The notes below the pieces were generated by a model, which saw only the letters and a list, made by a program, of their open reading frames with translations, was not told where the DNA came from and made no database searches. The position numbers and the translations under genes were made by a program. DNA of 64,000 bases from an uncultured bacterium (GTDB taxonomy: Bacteria > Joyebacterota > Joyebacteria > Joyebacterales > Joyebacteraceae), in assembly GCA_964487295.1 (NCBI GenBank), contig CAZAQL010000001.1, positions 13,091 to 77,090 of the forward strand. Direction: 5' to 3'. Shown here one piece after another: positions 17,909 through 27,049 of the stretch (the stretch's first letter is position 1; every line of letters starts with the position of its first letter).

Positions 17909-20185
17909 ATGATGAGCAGTCGGTCATCGATCAGCGTCGCGACAGCCGCCCTCTTCCTGACGCTCGCGCTCCCGCATTCGCTCTGCGCCCGCGGTGTGGG
18001 AGTGCCGCTTCCCGGGCGCGTGTCGGCGGCCGCCTCGGAGGAGGTTCGCAGGCTTCTCGAGCTCGACGCCGCCCGCACGCTCGCACGCGACGGCCGGCTC
18101 GCCCGGCAGGACCTCGAACGGGTCGACCTCGACGTCTGTGTCGACCCGGGTCGGGGGTGGCTCTCCGGTTCGGCGACGCTCCAGTTCGAGGCGACGACGA
18201 CCACCCTCGAGCTCTTCCTGAATGAGTCGCTCACGGTGCTCTCCGTGTCGGGTCCATCCGATCGCCCGCTCGGCTTCGAGCGCGAGGGGCGTCGTATCAC
18301 CGTTCCCATCGGTGCGTCCGTGGACGCCCGGACTCGCGAGATCACGATCGTGTACGAGGGGCTGATGCGACCGACGCACGGTGTGGTCGAGACCGGGCGT
18401 GGCCTGGCGGTTCTCCTCGGCGACGACTGCTGGTATCCCTCCTCCCACGCGACGGACAGGGCTCTCGTCCGTGCCGTCGTCAGGCATCCAGGCCGGTACG
18501 CCAGCGTGCTCAGCGGCTCGCTCGCCGGCATGGCGACGCCGCCCGCGACGCGTCCGGGGCCCTGTGCGTTCGGCGACGTCTGGGAGGCGGGGAACGTCTC
18601 GCCCTGCGCGCTCGTCGTCGGCAGGATCGAGAGCCGGTGGGGCGTTCTCGGTGACGTGTTCACCGGGGCCCATCGGGATACGTCCTCCGGAGAAGCTCGG
18701 GTGTCGCGCGGTGGACGGCGGAGCCCGGTCGACCATCAGGTCAAGCAGCCGCTCAGGTTTCTCGAGTCGTGTTTCGGTCCCTATCCCATGGACTGGCTGC
18801 ACGTGGTGGTTGTGCCTCACGGCCAGCTTGGTCGAGAGGCCGTATCAGGCCCCGGTCTCATCGTCGTGGAGGCCGATGAGGACGACCCGGCTTGCGCGGC
18901 CGATCCGGATCCGGACGCGTACTTCATGGAGCTGGCGCGGATGTGGTGGGACGACGCCTACGACGCCGGTCGCGTCGTCGCGGACGGACTGGCCGCCCAC
19001 ATGGAGCTCGAGTGGCTCGCGAGCGTGCGAGGCGAGGAGATCGCGTCCGAGCGCAAGGACCACCGAAGGCAGCAGTACATGCGCGCGCTGACCGACTCAG
19101 GAGGAGCAGCGCCACTCTCCCTCTGCCTCGGTCCGGACGCGTCGCAGGACGAGAGGATCTCCCTCGGACGGGGCGGCGCGCTCATGGACATCTGCTCCGC
19201 CGTGCTGGGCCGTGACGACTTCTGCCGCGCCGTGCGTCGGGTGGGCGAGGATGCCGGGAGCGGTGACGCGGGTCTCGGCGCGTTCGCGCGTGAGATCGAG
19301 GACGCCCTCGGAGACACCGTCGACTGGCTGCTTTACGAATGGGTGGCGCGGGGCGACCTTCCGGTCTACGCTCTCGAGTACGAGACGCGCCCGGCTCGAG
19401 GCGGAGGATACGTCATCACAGGGACGATCCGACAGCCCACGGAGCCGTTCAGAACGCCGGTGCCGTTGACGATCGACCTCGGTGGGTGGATCTACGACGA
19501 GTGGATCGCCATCGAGTCCGCCGACCAGCAGTTCCGGCTGGAGGCGGAGCTCGAGCCGCAAGCGGTCACGGTCGACGCCGGGAACGTGCTGCTCCGCATC
19601 GATGGCGAGGACCGGGCGCGCGTACATCACGAACTCGGACGTCGCGCGGCCGACGCCAGTCGCTGGACCGAGGCGGTCGACCAGTTCGGCGCGGCGGTCG
19701 CGCTCGACCCGGACCGGTCGGTCTACCGTTCGCGCTACGGCCTCGCCCTCGTGCGCGTCGGGCGCCCCGGCGACGGGCTCCGCGAGCTGCTTCACGCGAT
19801 CGAGCTCAGTCCCTCGAACAGCGACCTTCTGTTCACGACGGGGACGCTCTCGGCCAGGATGGGAGACCACGAGACGGCCGCGGAGGTCCTCGGGCGGTAC
19901 GTCCGGATGCGGCCCGCCGACCCTCGCGGCCACGTAGAGCTCGCCATGTCGCTCATCGAGCTGGGAGACCTCGAGCAGGCCATGGCGAACCTCGACCGGT
20001 GTCCGGTCGGCTCCGACACTACGACCACCGGCCAGTGGCTCGAGCGGTACCACATAGCGGTCGGGCGCTACAGCGAGGCGCGGGGCGAGACCGAGCTCGC
20101 GGTCGCGGCGTACGAGGCGGCGCTCGACGTCAACCCCGTCTCCGACGAGGCGCGCAGGAGGCTGGCCGCCGTTCGTCAGCCGTGA
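17909..20185 (+). CDS. secreted M1-aminopeptidase-like pseudo-peptidase with C-terminal TPR repeats
   Basis: Signal peptide MMSSRSSISVATAALFLTLALP. The segment YFMELARMWWDD aligns with the gluzincin HELAHQWFG motif, but both Zn-ligand His are replaced (M and R). TPR-like C-terminus. Confidence 0.6.
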   Translation: MMSSRSSISVATAALFLTLALPHSLCARGVGVPLPGRVSAAASEEVRRLLELDAARTLARDGRLARQDLERVDLDVCVDPGRGWLSGSATLQFEATTTTLELFLNESLTVLSVSGPSDRPLGFEREGRRITVPIGASVDARTREITIVYEGLMRPTHGVVETGRGLAVLLGDDCWYPSSHATDRALVRAVVRHPGRYASVLSGSLAGMATPPATRPGPCAFGDVWEAGNVSPCALVVGRIESRWGVLGDVFTGAHRDTSSGEARVSRGGRRSPVDHQVKQPLRFLESCFGPYPMDWLHVVVVPHGQLGREAVSGPGLIVVEADEDDPACAADPDPDAYFMELARMWWDDAYDAGRVVADGLAAHMELEWLASVRGEEIASERKDHRRQQYMRALTDSGGAAPLSLCLGPDASQDERISLGRGGALMDICSAVLGRDDFCRAVRRVGEDAGSGDAGLGAFAREIEDALGDTVDWLLYEWVARGDLPVYALEYETRPARGGGYVITGTIRQPTEPFRTPVPLTIDLGGWIYDEWIAIESADQQFRLEAELEPQAVTVDAGNVLLRIDGEDRARVHHELGRRAADASRWTEAVDQFGAAVALDPDRSVYRSRYGLALVRVGRPGDGLRELLHAIELSPSNSDLLFTTGTLSARMGDHETAAEVLGRYVRMRPADPRGHVELAMSLIELGDLEQAMANLDRCPVGSDTTTTGQWLERYHIAVGRYSEARGETELAVAAYEAALDVNPVSDEARRRLAAVRQP

Positions 20186-20289
20186 TGCGGCCGGGGCCCG
20201 CGTTGATGCGCGCGACGGCCGCATGGTAGGATGGAGCGACGGCGCTCAGGCGTCAGAGGAACGACACGGTTCCACACCCGGGAGACACC

Positions 20290-21279
20290 ATGCGGAAGCA
20301 CTTCTTCAGCGGCATTCAGCCGAGCGGACGGCTGCACATCGGGAACTACATCGGCGCCATCAAGCAGTGGATCGGGCTCCAGGACCAGTACGCGCCGATC
20401 TTCGGGATCGTCGACTACCACGCGGTCACCGTTCCCTACGAGGCCTCCGAGATGCCCACGCGCGTGCTGGACGCGGCGGCGGCATACCTCGCCGCCGGGG
20501 TCGACCCGGAGAAGAGCATTCTCATGGTCCAGTCGCACGTGCCCGAGCACACGGAACTCGCGTGGGTCCTCAACTGCCTGACCCCCATGGGAAGGCTCTC
20601 GCGCATCCCGACGTTCAAGGACAAGGTCCGTCAGAGTCCGGGCCAGGTCAGCATGGGGCTGTTCGACTACCCGGTTCTCATGGCCGCTGATATCCTCCTC
20701 TATAAGTCGGAGATCGTGCCCGTCGGCGAGGACCAGGTGCCGCATCTCGAGTTCACGCGCGAGGTCGCGAGGAAGTTCAACGCGACGTTCGGCGAGACGT
20801 TCCCGGAGCCCTCCGAGGTTCTGGGGAAGGGTGCCCGCCTCCTCGGGTTGGACGGTGAGTTCAAGATGAGCAAGAGCCTGGACAACTGCATCTATCTCGA
20901 CGATTCGGACGAGGAGATCGAGAAGAAGATCGCGACGGCGAAGACCGACCCGGCGCGGAAGCGGCGCGACGACCCCGGGAACCCGGACGTCTGCAATATC
21001 TTCAACTACCACAAGGTCTTCTCCACGCCGGAGGAGCAGGCCCACTGCTCCGAGGGCTGCCGCACGGCCGGCATCGGATGCGTCGAGTGTAAGCGCATCC
21101 TCGTCGGGCACATGAAGGAGATGATCGGACCGCTCCGCGAGAGGCGCGAGGAGCTCCTGGCGGAGCCGGACGACATCATGGATGTGCTGGCCGACGGCGC
21201 CGACCGCGCCCGCTCGATCGCGCGGGAGACGATGCGCGAGGTCCGCGAGCGGATGGGACTCGCCGTTCGGGGAGGATAG
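20290..21279 (+). CDS. trpS: tryptophan--tRNA ligase
   Basis: HIGH region FSGIQPSGRLHIGNY and a KMSKS motif. 329 aa. Ends in TAG. Confidence 0.9.
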   Translation: MRKHFFSGIQPSGRLHIGNYIGAIKQWIGLQDQYAPIFGIVDYHAVTVPYEASEMPTRVLDAAAAYLAAGVDPEKSILMVQSHVPEHTELAWVLNCLTPMGRLSRIPTFKDKVRQSPGQVSMGLFDYPVLMAADILLYKSEIVPVGEDQVPHLEFTREVARKFNATFGETFPEPSEVLGKGARLLGLDGEFKMSKSLDNCIYLDDSDEEIEKKIATAKTDPARKRRDDPGNPDVCNIFNYHKVFSTPEEQAHCSEGCRTAGIGCVECKRILVGHMKEMIGPLRERREELLAEPDDIMDVLADGADRARSIARETMREVRERMGLAVRGG

Positions 21280-21280
21280 C

Positions 21281-21898
21281 ATGGCAGAGGAACGCGACGA
21301 GCGATGGGTCTACGTGGCGCTCGCCGCCATCGCCGTGGGATACCTCGTCCACGCGAACTGGGAGACGATCGTCGACCGGGTGAGCCTCAGGGGCATCGGC
21401 AGGTTCACGTCGTCCATCGGGTACCTCGTCGCCCCCCTCGGGGCCGCCGCCCTCGCGCTCTATCGCAGAAAGAAGGCGGAGGGAACGAAGCGCGAGTGGG
21501 AGCAGCAGGCCTTCGCCGAGGGGATCGTTCGCGAGGAGCAGGGCGTCAGTGGCCGAAAGGTCGACACCAAGGGTCGCGGGACCTTCCGCGCGGACCTGCG
21601 GCTGACGCGCATGGCCCTCTACGTGTTCGACAGGAGCGGCCGTGTGGAGCCCATGCGGCTGCTGGTCCACATGGAGGCGGTGACGGATCTCGGGCTCTAC
21701 GACGTGGAGTACGAGCCGGGACGGGCCGGCGGCTCCTTCACCGTCCGCGTCGTCGGGAAGTCGAAGTTCGGGCTCCGTTTCGAGAGCGCGCAGGCGCTGG
21801 GATGGTGGACGGACATCCGGAAGGTGCTGGGTCTCCCGGCGGACCGCCACAGGGCGCCATCCGCCGAGGGCGGGGATGCCGCCACGCCGTCCGATTGA
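21281..21898 (+). CDS. hypothetical membrane protein (two N-terminal TM helices, possible PH-like cytoplasmic domain)
   Basis: ATG 21281 follows GGAGG and abuts the trpS stop. TM segments WVYVALAAIAVGYLV and YLVAPLGAAALALY. No family recognised. Confidence 0.55.
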   Translation: MAEERDERWVYVALAAIAVGYLVHANWETIVDRVSLRGIGRFTSSIGYLVAPLGAAALALYRRKKAEGTKREWEQQAFAEGIVREEQGVSGRKVDTKGRGTFRADLRLTRMALYVFDRSGRVEPMRLLVHMEAVTDLGLYDVEYEPGRAGGSFTVRVVGKSKFGLRFESAQALGWWTDIRKVLGLPADRHRAPSAEGGDAATPSD

Positions 21899-21978
21899 GA
21901 CGGACACGATGATCACAAGCGAGATGCTCCGGCCGTCGCTCCACCATGTGGCGGCCGATTCTGCCTGAGGGGGTGACG

Positions 21979-23334
21979 ATGCACAGCTACATCTTCCGCG
22001 AGTACGACATCCGGGGCGTGGTGGAGCGCGACCTGACCGAGGACGTGGTCAGAAACATAGGGCGCGGGTTCGGGACGTACGTCATCCGCCACGGCGGGTC
22101 GACCGTCTCGCTCGGCGGCGACGTGCGGCTCTCGACGCCGCGTTTCCGCGAGCTCATCACCGAGGGACTCACGTCGGTCGGAGCGAACGTCGTCGACGTC
22201 GGGACCGTCCCGACGCCCGCGCTCTATTTCACGCTCTTCGAGCTGCCGGTGGACGCGTCGCTCATGATCACGGGGAGCCACAATCCGCCCGACATGAACG
22301 GTTTCAAGCTCAATCTCGGGCCGGCCAGCGTCTACGGCGAGGAGATCCAGAGGATCCGCGAGATCATCGAAGCGGGAGATTACGAGGACGGGAGCGGGAC
22401 GACGACGACAGCGGACATCCTGGAGCCGTACAAGAGGGCGATCCGCGAGCGCATCCATCTCGAGCGTCCGCTCAAGGTTGTCGTCGACTGCGGCAACGGT
22501 TGCGGGTCGCTCGTTGCGGAGGATCTATTGTCGAGCATCGGGTGTGAGCTCGTTTCTCTCTACTGCGAGCCGGACGGAACGTTCCCGAACCATCACCCCG
22601 ATCCGACGGTGATGGAGTACATCACCGACCTCATCGCGGCGGTGAAGGAGCACGGCGCCGATATCGGCATCGGCTACGACGGTGACGCCGACCGTGTGGG
22701 CGTGGTGGACGAGAAGGGCGAGGTCGTCTACGCGGACAAGATGCTCGCGCTCCTCGCGCGAGAGGTTCTCGCGAAGGGTCCGGCGAAGATCGTCTTCGAC
22801 GTCAAGTGTTCTCAGGCGCTCGTCGAGGATATCGAAGCCCACGGCGGCACGCCCATCATGTGGAAGACGGGACACTCGCTCCTCAAGGAGAAGATCCGCG
22901 AGACCGGCGCGCCGATCGGGGGCGAGATGAGCGGCCACATGGTGCTCGCGGACGATTTCCACGTCGTGGATGACGCCGTCTACGCGTCGTGCAGGATCCT
23001 CCAAATGCTGTCGCGGACGGACAAGCCGCTCTCGGCGATGGTCTCGACCATCCCGCACTATCACGCGACGCCCGAGATCCGCGGGGAGACCACGGATGAT
23101 GCGACGAAGTTCGCGATGGTCGAGAAGGCCGTCGAGTACTTCAAGGCGAACTACGACGTCATCGATGTCGACGGCGTGAGGATCCTTTTCGGCGACGGCT
23201 GGGGCCTCGTCCGAGCCTCCAACACACAGCCCGTCATCGTCATGCGCTTCGAGGCGAAGACCCGCGAACGGCTGGAGGAGATACAGGCCCTCGTGACCGA
23301 TAAGTTGAGGGAATACGGGGAGATACGGCTGTAG
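21979..23334 (+). CDS. phosphomannomutase/phosphoglucomutase (alpha-D-phosphohexomutase family)
   Basis: Active-site loop TGSHNPPDMNGFK. Metal-binding GYDGDADR. Sugar-binding GGEMSGH. ATG 21979 after GAGGGGG. Confidence 0.85.
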   Translation: MHSYIFREYDIRGVVERDLTEDVVRNIGRGFGTYVIRHGGSTVSLGGDVRLSTPRFRELITEGLTSVGANVVDVGTVPTPALYFTLFELPVDASLMITGSHNPPDMNGFKLNLGPASVYGEEIQRIREIIEAGDYEDGSGTTTTADILEPYKRAIRERIHLERPLKVVVDCGNGCGSLVAEDLLSSIGCELVSLYCEPDGTFPNHHPDPTVMEYITDLIAAVKEHGADIGIGYDGDADRVGVVDEKGEVVYADKMLALLAREVLAKGPAKIVFDVKCSQALVEDIEAHGGTPIMWKTGHSLLKEKIRETGAPIGGEMSGHMVLADDFHVVDDAVYASCRILQMLSRTDKPLSAMVSTIPHYHATPEIRGETTDDATKFAMVEKAVEYFKANYDVIDVDGVRILFGDGWGLVRASNTQPVIVMRFEAKTRERLEEIQALVTDKLREYGEIRL

Positions 23335-23375
23335 AGAGCAGCGTGTGAATACCCCATCGCACGCCCCGTCTAAGG

Positions 23376-24023
23376 ATGCTGCGAGAGACCATGCCTGAGC
23401 GCGATCCCAGGGAGATCGACCTCGAGAAGGTCCGTGCCAGTCAGGCCGGGGACCACGAGGCATTCGATTTCCTCATCGACAAGTACAAGGATGTCGTCTA
23501 CGCGGTCGCGTACCGGTTCGCGCACGACCAGGATCTTGCGATGGACCTGGCGCAGGACACGTTCATCCGCGCGTACAAGGGCATCAAGAGCTTCAAGGGA
23601 AGATCCAGTTTCTCGACGTGGCTCTACCGGATCGCGATGAACACGTGTATCGACTACACGAGGAAGCACTCGCGTTCCGTCGCGTCTCAGGCAGTGCCGG
23701 AGGAGGTCGCGGAGTACGCCGACAGCGAGCCGATCGGCAGGAAGCCCGACAGGGGGCCGGCGAGACGGGTCCTCACGAGGGAGCTCGGCGAGCAGATCCA
23801 GCGGGCGGTCGACGCGCTGCCCGAGTACCACCGGTCGGTGTTCGTGCTCTACGAGATCGAGGGGATGTCATACAAGGAGATCGCGGACGTCGTCGGTTGC
23901 TCGATCGGCACGGTGATGTCGCGACTTCACTACGCAAGGAAGAAGCTGCGCGTGATGCTCGAACCCTATGTGGATGGCGGTATCGACGTCGGCGCGGCGG
24001 ACGGGGAGAGCGGGAAGAACTGA
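23376..24023 (+). CDS. RNA polymerase ECF sigma factor (RpoE-like)
   Basis: Region 2 DLAQDTFIRAYKGIKSF..FSTWLYRIAMN and region 4 SVFVLYEIEGMSYKEIADVVGCSIGTVMSRLHYARKKL. Confidence 0.8.
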   Translation: MLRETMPERDPREIDLEKVRASQAGDHEAFDFLIDKYKDVVYAVAYRFAHDQDLAMDLAQDTFIRAYKGIKSFKGRSSFSTWLYRIAMNTCIDYTRKHSRSVASQAVPEEVAEYADSEPIGRKPDRGPARRVLTRELGEQIQRAVDALPEYHRSVFVLYEIEGMSYKEIADVVGCSIGTVMSRLHYARKKLRVMLEPYVDGGIDVGAADGESGKN

Positions 24024-24028
24024 CAGCT

Positions 24029-24577
24029 ATGAGCAAGCCCTGCAGACTGGAGAAGCACCTGACGGCCTACGCGGACGGCGAGCTCTCGCCGCGCCGGCGG
24101 AGACAGGTCGAGCGTCATCTCGAGTCGTGCGCCGCGTGTTCGCGCGAACTTGACTCGATCCTCGCCTTTGATAGAATCCTCACTGAGGCTCCGTCCGTTC
24201 CCGACGTCACGCCGGAGAAGTGGGAACGGTTCGGAAGGCTCCTTTCGCAGGAGATGGACCGGATCGACAGGGCGGCGGCCCGGACCCCGCGGGTGCGTGA
24301 GGCCCGTCCGGTCTTCGCGGACCTCAGGCGCCGCGCGATCGCCTTCGCGGGAGTCGCCGTGGCCGCTGCGATCGCGGTCTTCGCGTTCTGGCCGACGGCC
24401 GTCGCGCCGATAGGCCTCTCCGCGAACAACGCGTGCAGCGTCGAGAGCCTCGAGACCTACGGAAGCGGCTATACCCCCATGGCATTCACCTCGAACGACC
24501 CTGAGATGACCGTCATCTGGGTGTTCTCCGAGGACGCTGAGGCGGGGGGAAGGGGCGAGACGCCGGGATCGATCTAG
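24029..24577 (+). CDS. membrane-anchored zf-HC2 anti-sigma factor
   Basis: Begins 5 nt after the sigma stop. HLESCAACSREL zinc-finger motif followed by a TM helix IAFAGVAVAAAIAVFAFW. Confidence 0.65.
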   Translation: MSKPCRLEKHLTAYADGELSPRRRRQVERHLESCAACSRELDSILAFDRILTEAPSVPDVTPEKWERFGRLLSQEMDRIDRAAARTPRVREARPVFADLRRRAIAFAGVAVAAAIAVFAFWPTAVAPIGLSANNACSVESLETYGSGYTPMAFTSNDPEMTVIWVFSEDAEAGGRGETPGSI

Positions 24578-24647
24578 GCGAGGGGTTCCGCTCCGGGTGT
24601 GGTATCATCGAGAGTGGAATGGGTTTCGTGACGCGGGTCGGAGACGT

Positions 24648-25169
24648 ATGAGACGAACTGTCATCACGTGCGTTGTCGTGCTTGCCGTGGCGCTTCTGTT
24701 CGCGCCGGGCCGCGCGGCCGCGGAAGAGGTGACGATCCAGGTGACCTCGATCGCGGCCGCGTCCCTTTCCGGGGCGCAGCTCGGCGACGCTGAGGCCCGG
24801 ATCGACGAGGAACTCTCCGCCTACGCGCAGAAGCTCCAGGCGCTCTTCGCCTACAACAGCTACACATTCCTCGGTGACGTCAGGACGCGGATGGACTTCG
24901 GTTCGGCAGAGCGCCTCCAGTTGCCGGAGCACTTCGCCATGGAGGTCGAGCCGACGCGGTTCGACCGCGAAGGCGCAGGGCGGATCGAGATGATGGTGAC
25001 CCTGCTCCGCGACGTCAGGACGGAGGGCGCGAGTGGCCAGCGCGGTCACCCCCGGGACGAGATCGTCCTGCGAACGCGGATCCGCCTGGAGAACGGCGGG
25101 ACCGTGCTGCTCGGAGGTCCTCCGATCGGCGGAGGCGTGCTGATCCTGGCGCTCTCCGCGAGACGGTAG
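24648..25169 (+). CDS. hypothetical secreted protein
   Basis: Signal peptide MRRTVITCVVVLAVALLFAPGRAAA. GGAG upstream. No recognised domain. Confidence 0.5.
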   Translation: MRRTVITCVVVLAVALLFAPGRAAAEEVTIQVTSIAAASLSGAQLGDAEARIDEELSAYAQKLQALFAYNSYTFLGDVRTRMDFGSAERLQLPEHFAMEVEPTRFDREGAGRIEMMVTLLRDVRTEGASGQRGHPRDEIVLRTRIRLENGGTVLLGGPPIGGGVLILALSARR

Positions 25170-25219
25170 TTCCCGACCCGCGATGATGCGAGAACCCGGA
25201 GGCTCTCCGGTGCAGTTGT

Positions 25220-25249
25220 GAGGAGGCTGTCGCGCGCGGCAGCCTCCTC
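25220..25249 (+). terminator. hairpin (10-bp perfect stem GAGGAGGCTG/CAGCCTCCTC, 10-nt loop) after 24648..25169
   Basis: Seen directly in the sequence. No U tract follows; it is immediately followed by the 53-bp tandem repeats. Confidence 0.4.
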
Positions 25250-25375
25250 GCTTATCCGGGCTCCGTCCGGCGGGGTTGCCGGGGAAAGGCGGAGCCGCCG
25301 TCGCTTATCCGGGTTCAGTCCGGCGAGGTTGCCGGGCAGAGGCGGAGCCGCCCCCGCTTATCCGGGCTCAGTTCA
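25250..25375. repeat. 53-bp tandem repeat x 2.4
   Basis: GCTTATCCGGGCTCCGTCCGGCGGGGTTGCCGGGGAAAGGCGGAGCCGCCGTC at 25250-25302. A near-identical copy at 25303-25355. A partial third copy from 25356. Confidence 0.85.
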
Positions 25376-25443
25376 CCCGTTCGTGAATAGCCATTCTTCC
25401 CCTCCCGTCATATCACTCGCAGACCCGACGGACCGGTCCCTGG

Positions 25444-26973
25444 ATGACGCAGGGAGGCCGTCACGAAAGGGGAGGTGAGATCCCTATGATGCGAATGATC
25501 AGTCGGAGACGGTTCCTGGCCGCGTGCAGCGCGCGGCGGCCGGCTCACGGCCGGCGAGCACGCGTCGCCAGCCGCCGTGAAGTCCTCGGTCTCGGGCGGC
25601 TGATGCACTGGGCCGCGGCCGTGGCCGTTCTTCTCACGCTCCTCGTCCTCGCGGCGACCTCGCAGGCGGCGACCGTCGCGAAGGAGGAGGCCGTCCCGGA
25701 CGACGGCTCCGCGGAGCCGCGTCCCGTTCCGGACTCGGAGATCACGGAGCGGGTCATCGTCGACCCGGAGCCGAACTGGGGCGACTGGGGTGACATCGAC
25801 GACTCGTTCTACCACTACCACCCGGGTGGCCTCAGGATCGACACGTGGGTCGACCGCGGCGAGTGGGCGACGTACGAGCCCGGCGACAGGCTCTGGGTGT
25901 ACTTCCGGGTCAACAAGCCGTGCTATGTGACGATCCTCGACTACACGACCGACGGCCGCGTCGAGACCATCTACCCGAACCGCTGGTCCGGGGCGAGGAT
26001 GGCATACCCGGGTCGCGTCTACCGCGTCCCCGACGACGGTCGCTTCTCGCTTCGAATCGCTGGGCCGGAGGGCATCGAAACGCTCGTAGCCTGCGCTCAC
26101 GAGCTCCCCTGGCCCAGCGGGCACACCGGTTCATGGACGCCACGGTACCATCGCTGGATCGAGCCCCGATCGAGGACCTACGTCGCCCCGTGGGGCGTCC
26201 CGCCGGGCCGCGTGATACGCGGCAGTGATCGATCAACCCCGGCGCCGCGCTCGGCGCCCGAAGGACGTGTCGTGCCCGGGGAAGGCGGACGGGTCGCGCC
26301 CCAGAGCGATCAAGAGGGTCGCGTGATAGTGGGCGGAGACTCCCGTCGTGACGGCCGCGTCATCGTCGGAGGAGACTCCCGCGGGGGCCGCCGGGTCGTC
26401 TGGGGCCCGCCGCGAGGCCGCGTGGTCGTCGGACCGGACTGGTGGCCCGTCCCGGAACCATGGCACACCTCGCCGGGGCGCTGGGCCTGCGACTCCGTGA
26501 CCTTCCGGGTCGCGAGCAGGTACGGTGACGACTGGGGCGGCGACTGGTGGTACGGCGGGGACTCTCAGGACGACTGGGGAGATGACGACTGGTACGGCGA
26601 CGGCTACGGTCGTCCGCTCATGCACGAGCGCTTCCGGATGAGCACTCCGCGGGATTCCATGCACGAGACCTTCCGCTTCGACGACGAGCGCGTGCACGTC
26701 AGGATCGACTGCGTGGCGGACCGCAAGAACGACCCGACGGAGATCGTCGGACGGATCGGGTGGTTCGGAGGCTGGGGAGACGAGACGATCTTCCGCATCG
26801 ATGTGAGTGGAAGAAACGGCATCGTCCCGCGTGAGGGAGACGTCTACACGGCCTTCACCGGACCCATCCGTGTTGATGTCGAGGTCGTCGACCTCCGTCT
26901 TGCCCGGGTGAGGCCGTGGCAGCTTCCGAGGATCGAGTGGATCAAGTTCGAGGTGAAGGCATACGCACGTTAG
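25444..26973 (+). CDS. secreted DUF4384-like domain protein with GRV(I/V)VGGDSR repeats and a Trp/Asp-rich segment
   Basis: DRLWVYFRVNKPCYVTILDYTTDGRVETIYPN resembles DUF4384. Tandem peptide repeats GRVVPGEGGRVAPQ/GRVIVGGDSRRDGRVIVGGDSRGGRRVV. Segment DWGGDWWYGGDSQDDWGDDDWYGDGYG. Start uncertain: a TAT-like RRRFLAA and a later hydrophobic signal are both present. Confidence 0.55.
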   Translation: MTQGGRHERGGEIPMMRMISRRRFLAACSARRPAHGRRARVASRREVLGLGRLMHWAAAVAVLLTLLVLAATSQAATVAKEEAVPDDGSAEPRPVPDSEITERVIVDPEPNWGDWGDIDDSFYHYHPGGLRIDTWVDRGEWATYEPGDRLWVYFRVNKPCYVTILDYTTDGRVETIYPNRWSGARMAYPGRVYRVPDDGRFSLRIAGPEGIETLVACAHELPWPSGHTGSWTPRYHRWIEPRSRTYVAPWGVPPGRVIRGSDRSTPAPRSAPEGRVVPGEGGRVAPQSDQEGRVIVGGDSRRDGRVIVGGDSRGGRRVVWGPPRGRVVVGPDWWPVPEPWHTSPGRWACDSVTFRVASRYGDDWGGDWWYGGDSQDDWGDDDWYGDGYGRPLMHERFRMSTPRDSMHETFRFDDERVHVRIDCVADRKNDPTEIVGRIGWFGGWGDETIFRIDVSGRNGIVPREGDVYTAFTGPIRVDVEVVDLRLARVRPWQLPRIEWIKFEVKAYAR

Positions 26974-27049
26974 CTGCACCCCGCCTTGCGCGGCGGGAGG
27001 GGACCACGAGCGACCCGCGCTCAAGCGGGTCCGGGAAGGAGGTCCTGTG

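Noticed and set aside
25250-25375. Possible CRISPR or integron attC-like array (53-bp units)
   Set aside because: Pure head-to-tail tandem repeat without spacers, only 2.4 copies. No integrase or cas genes.
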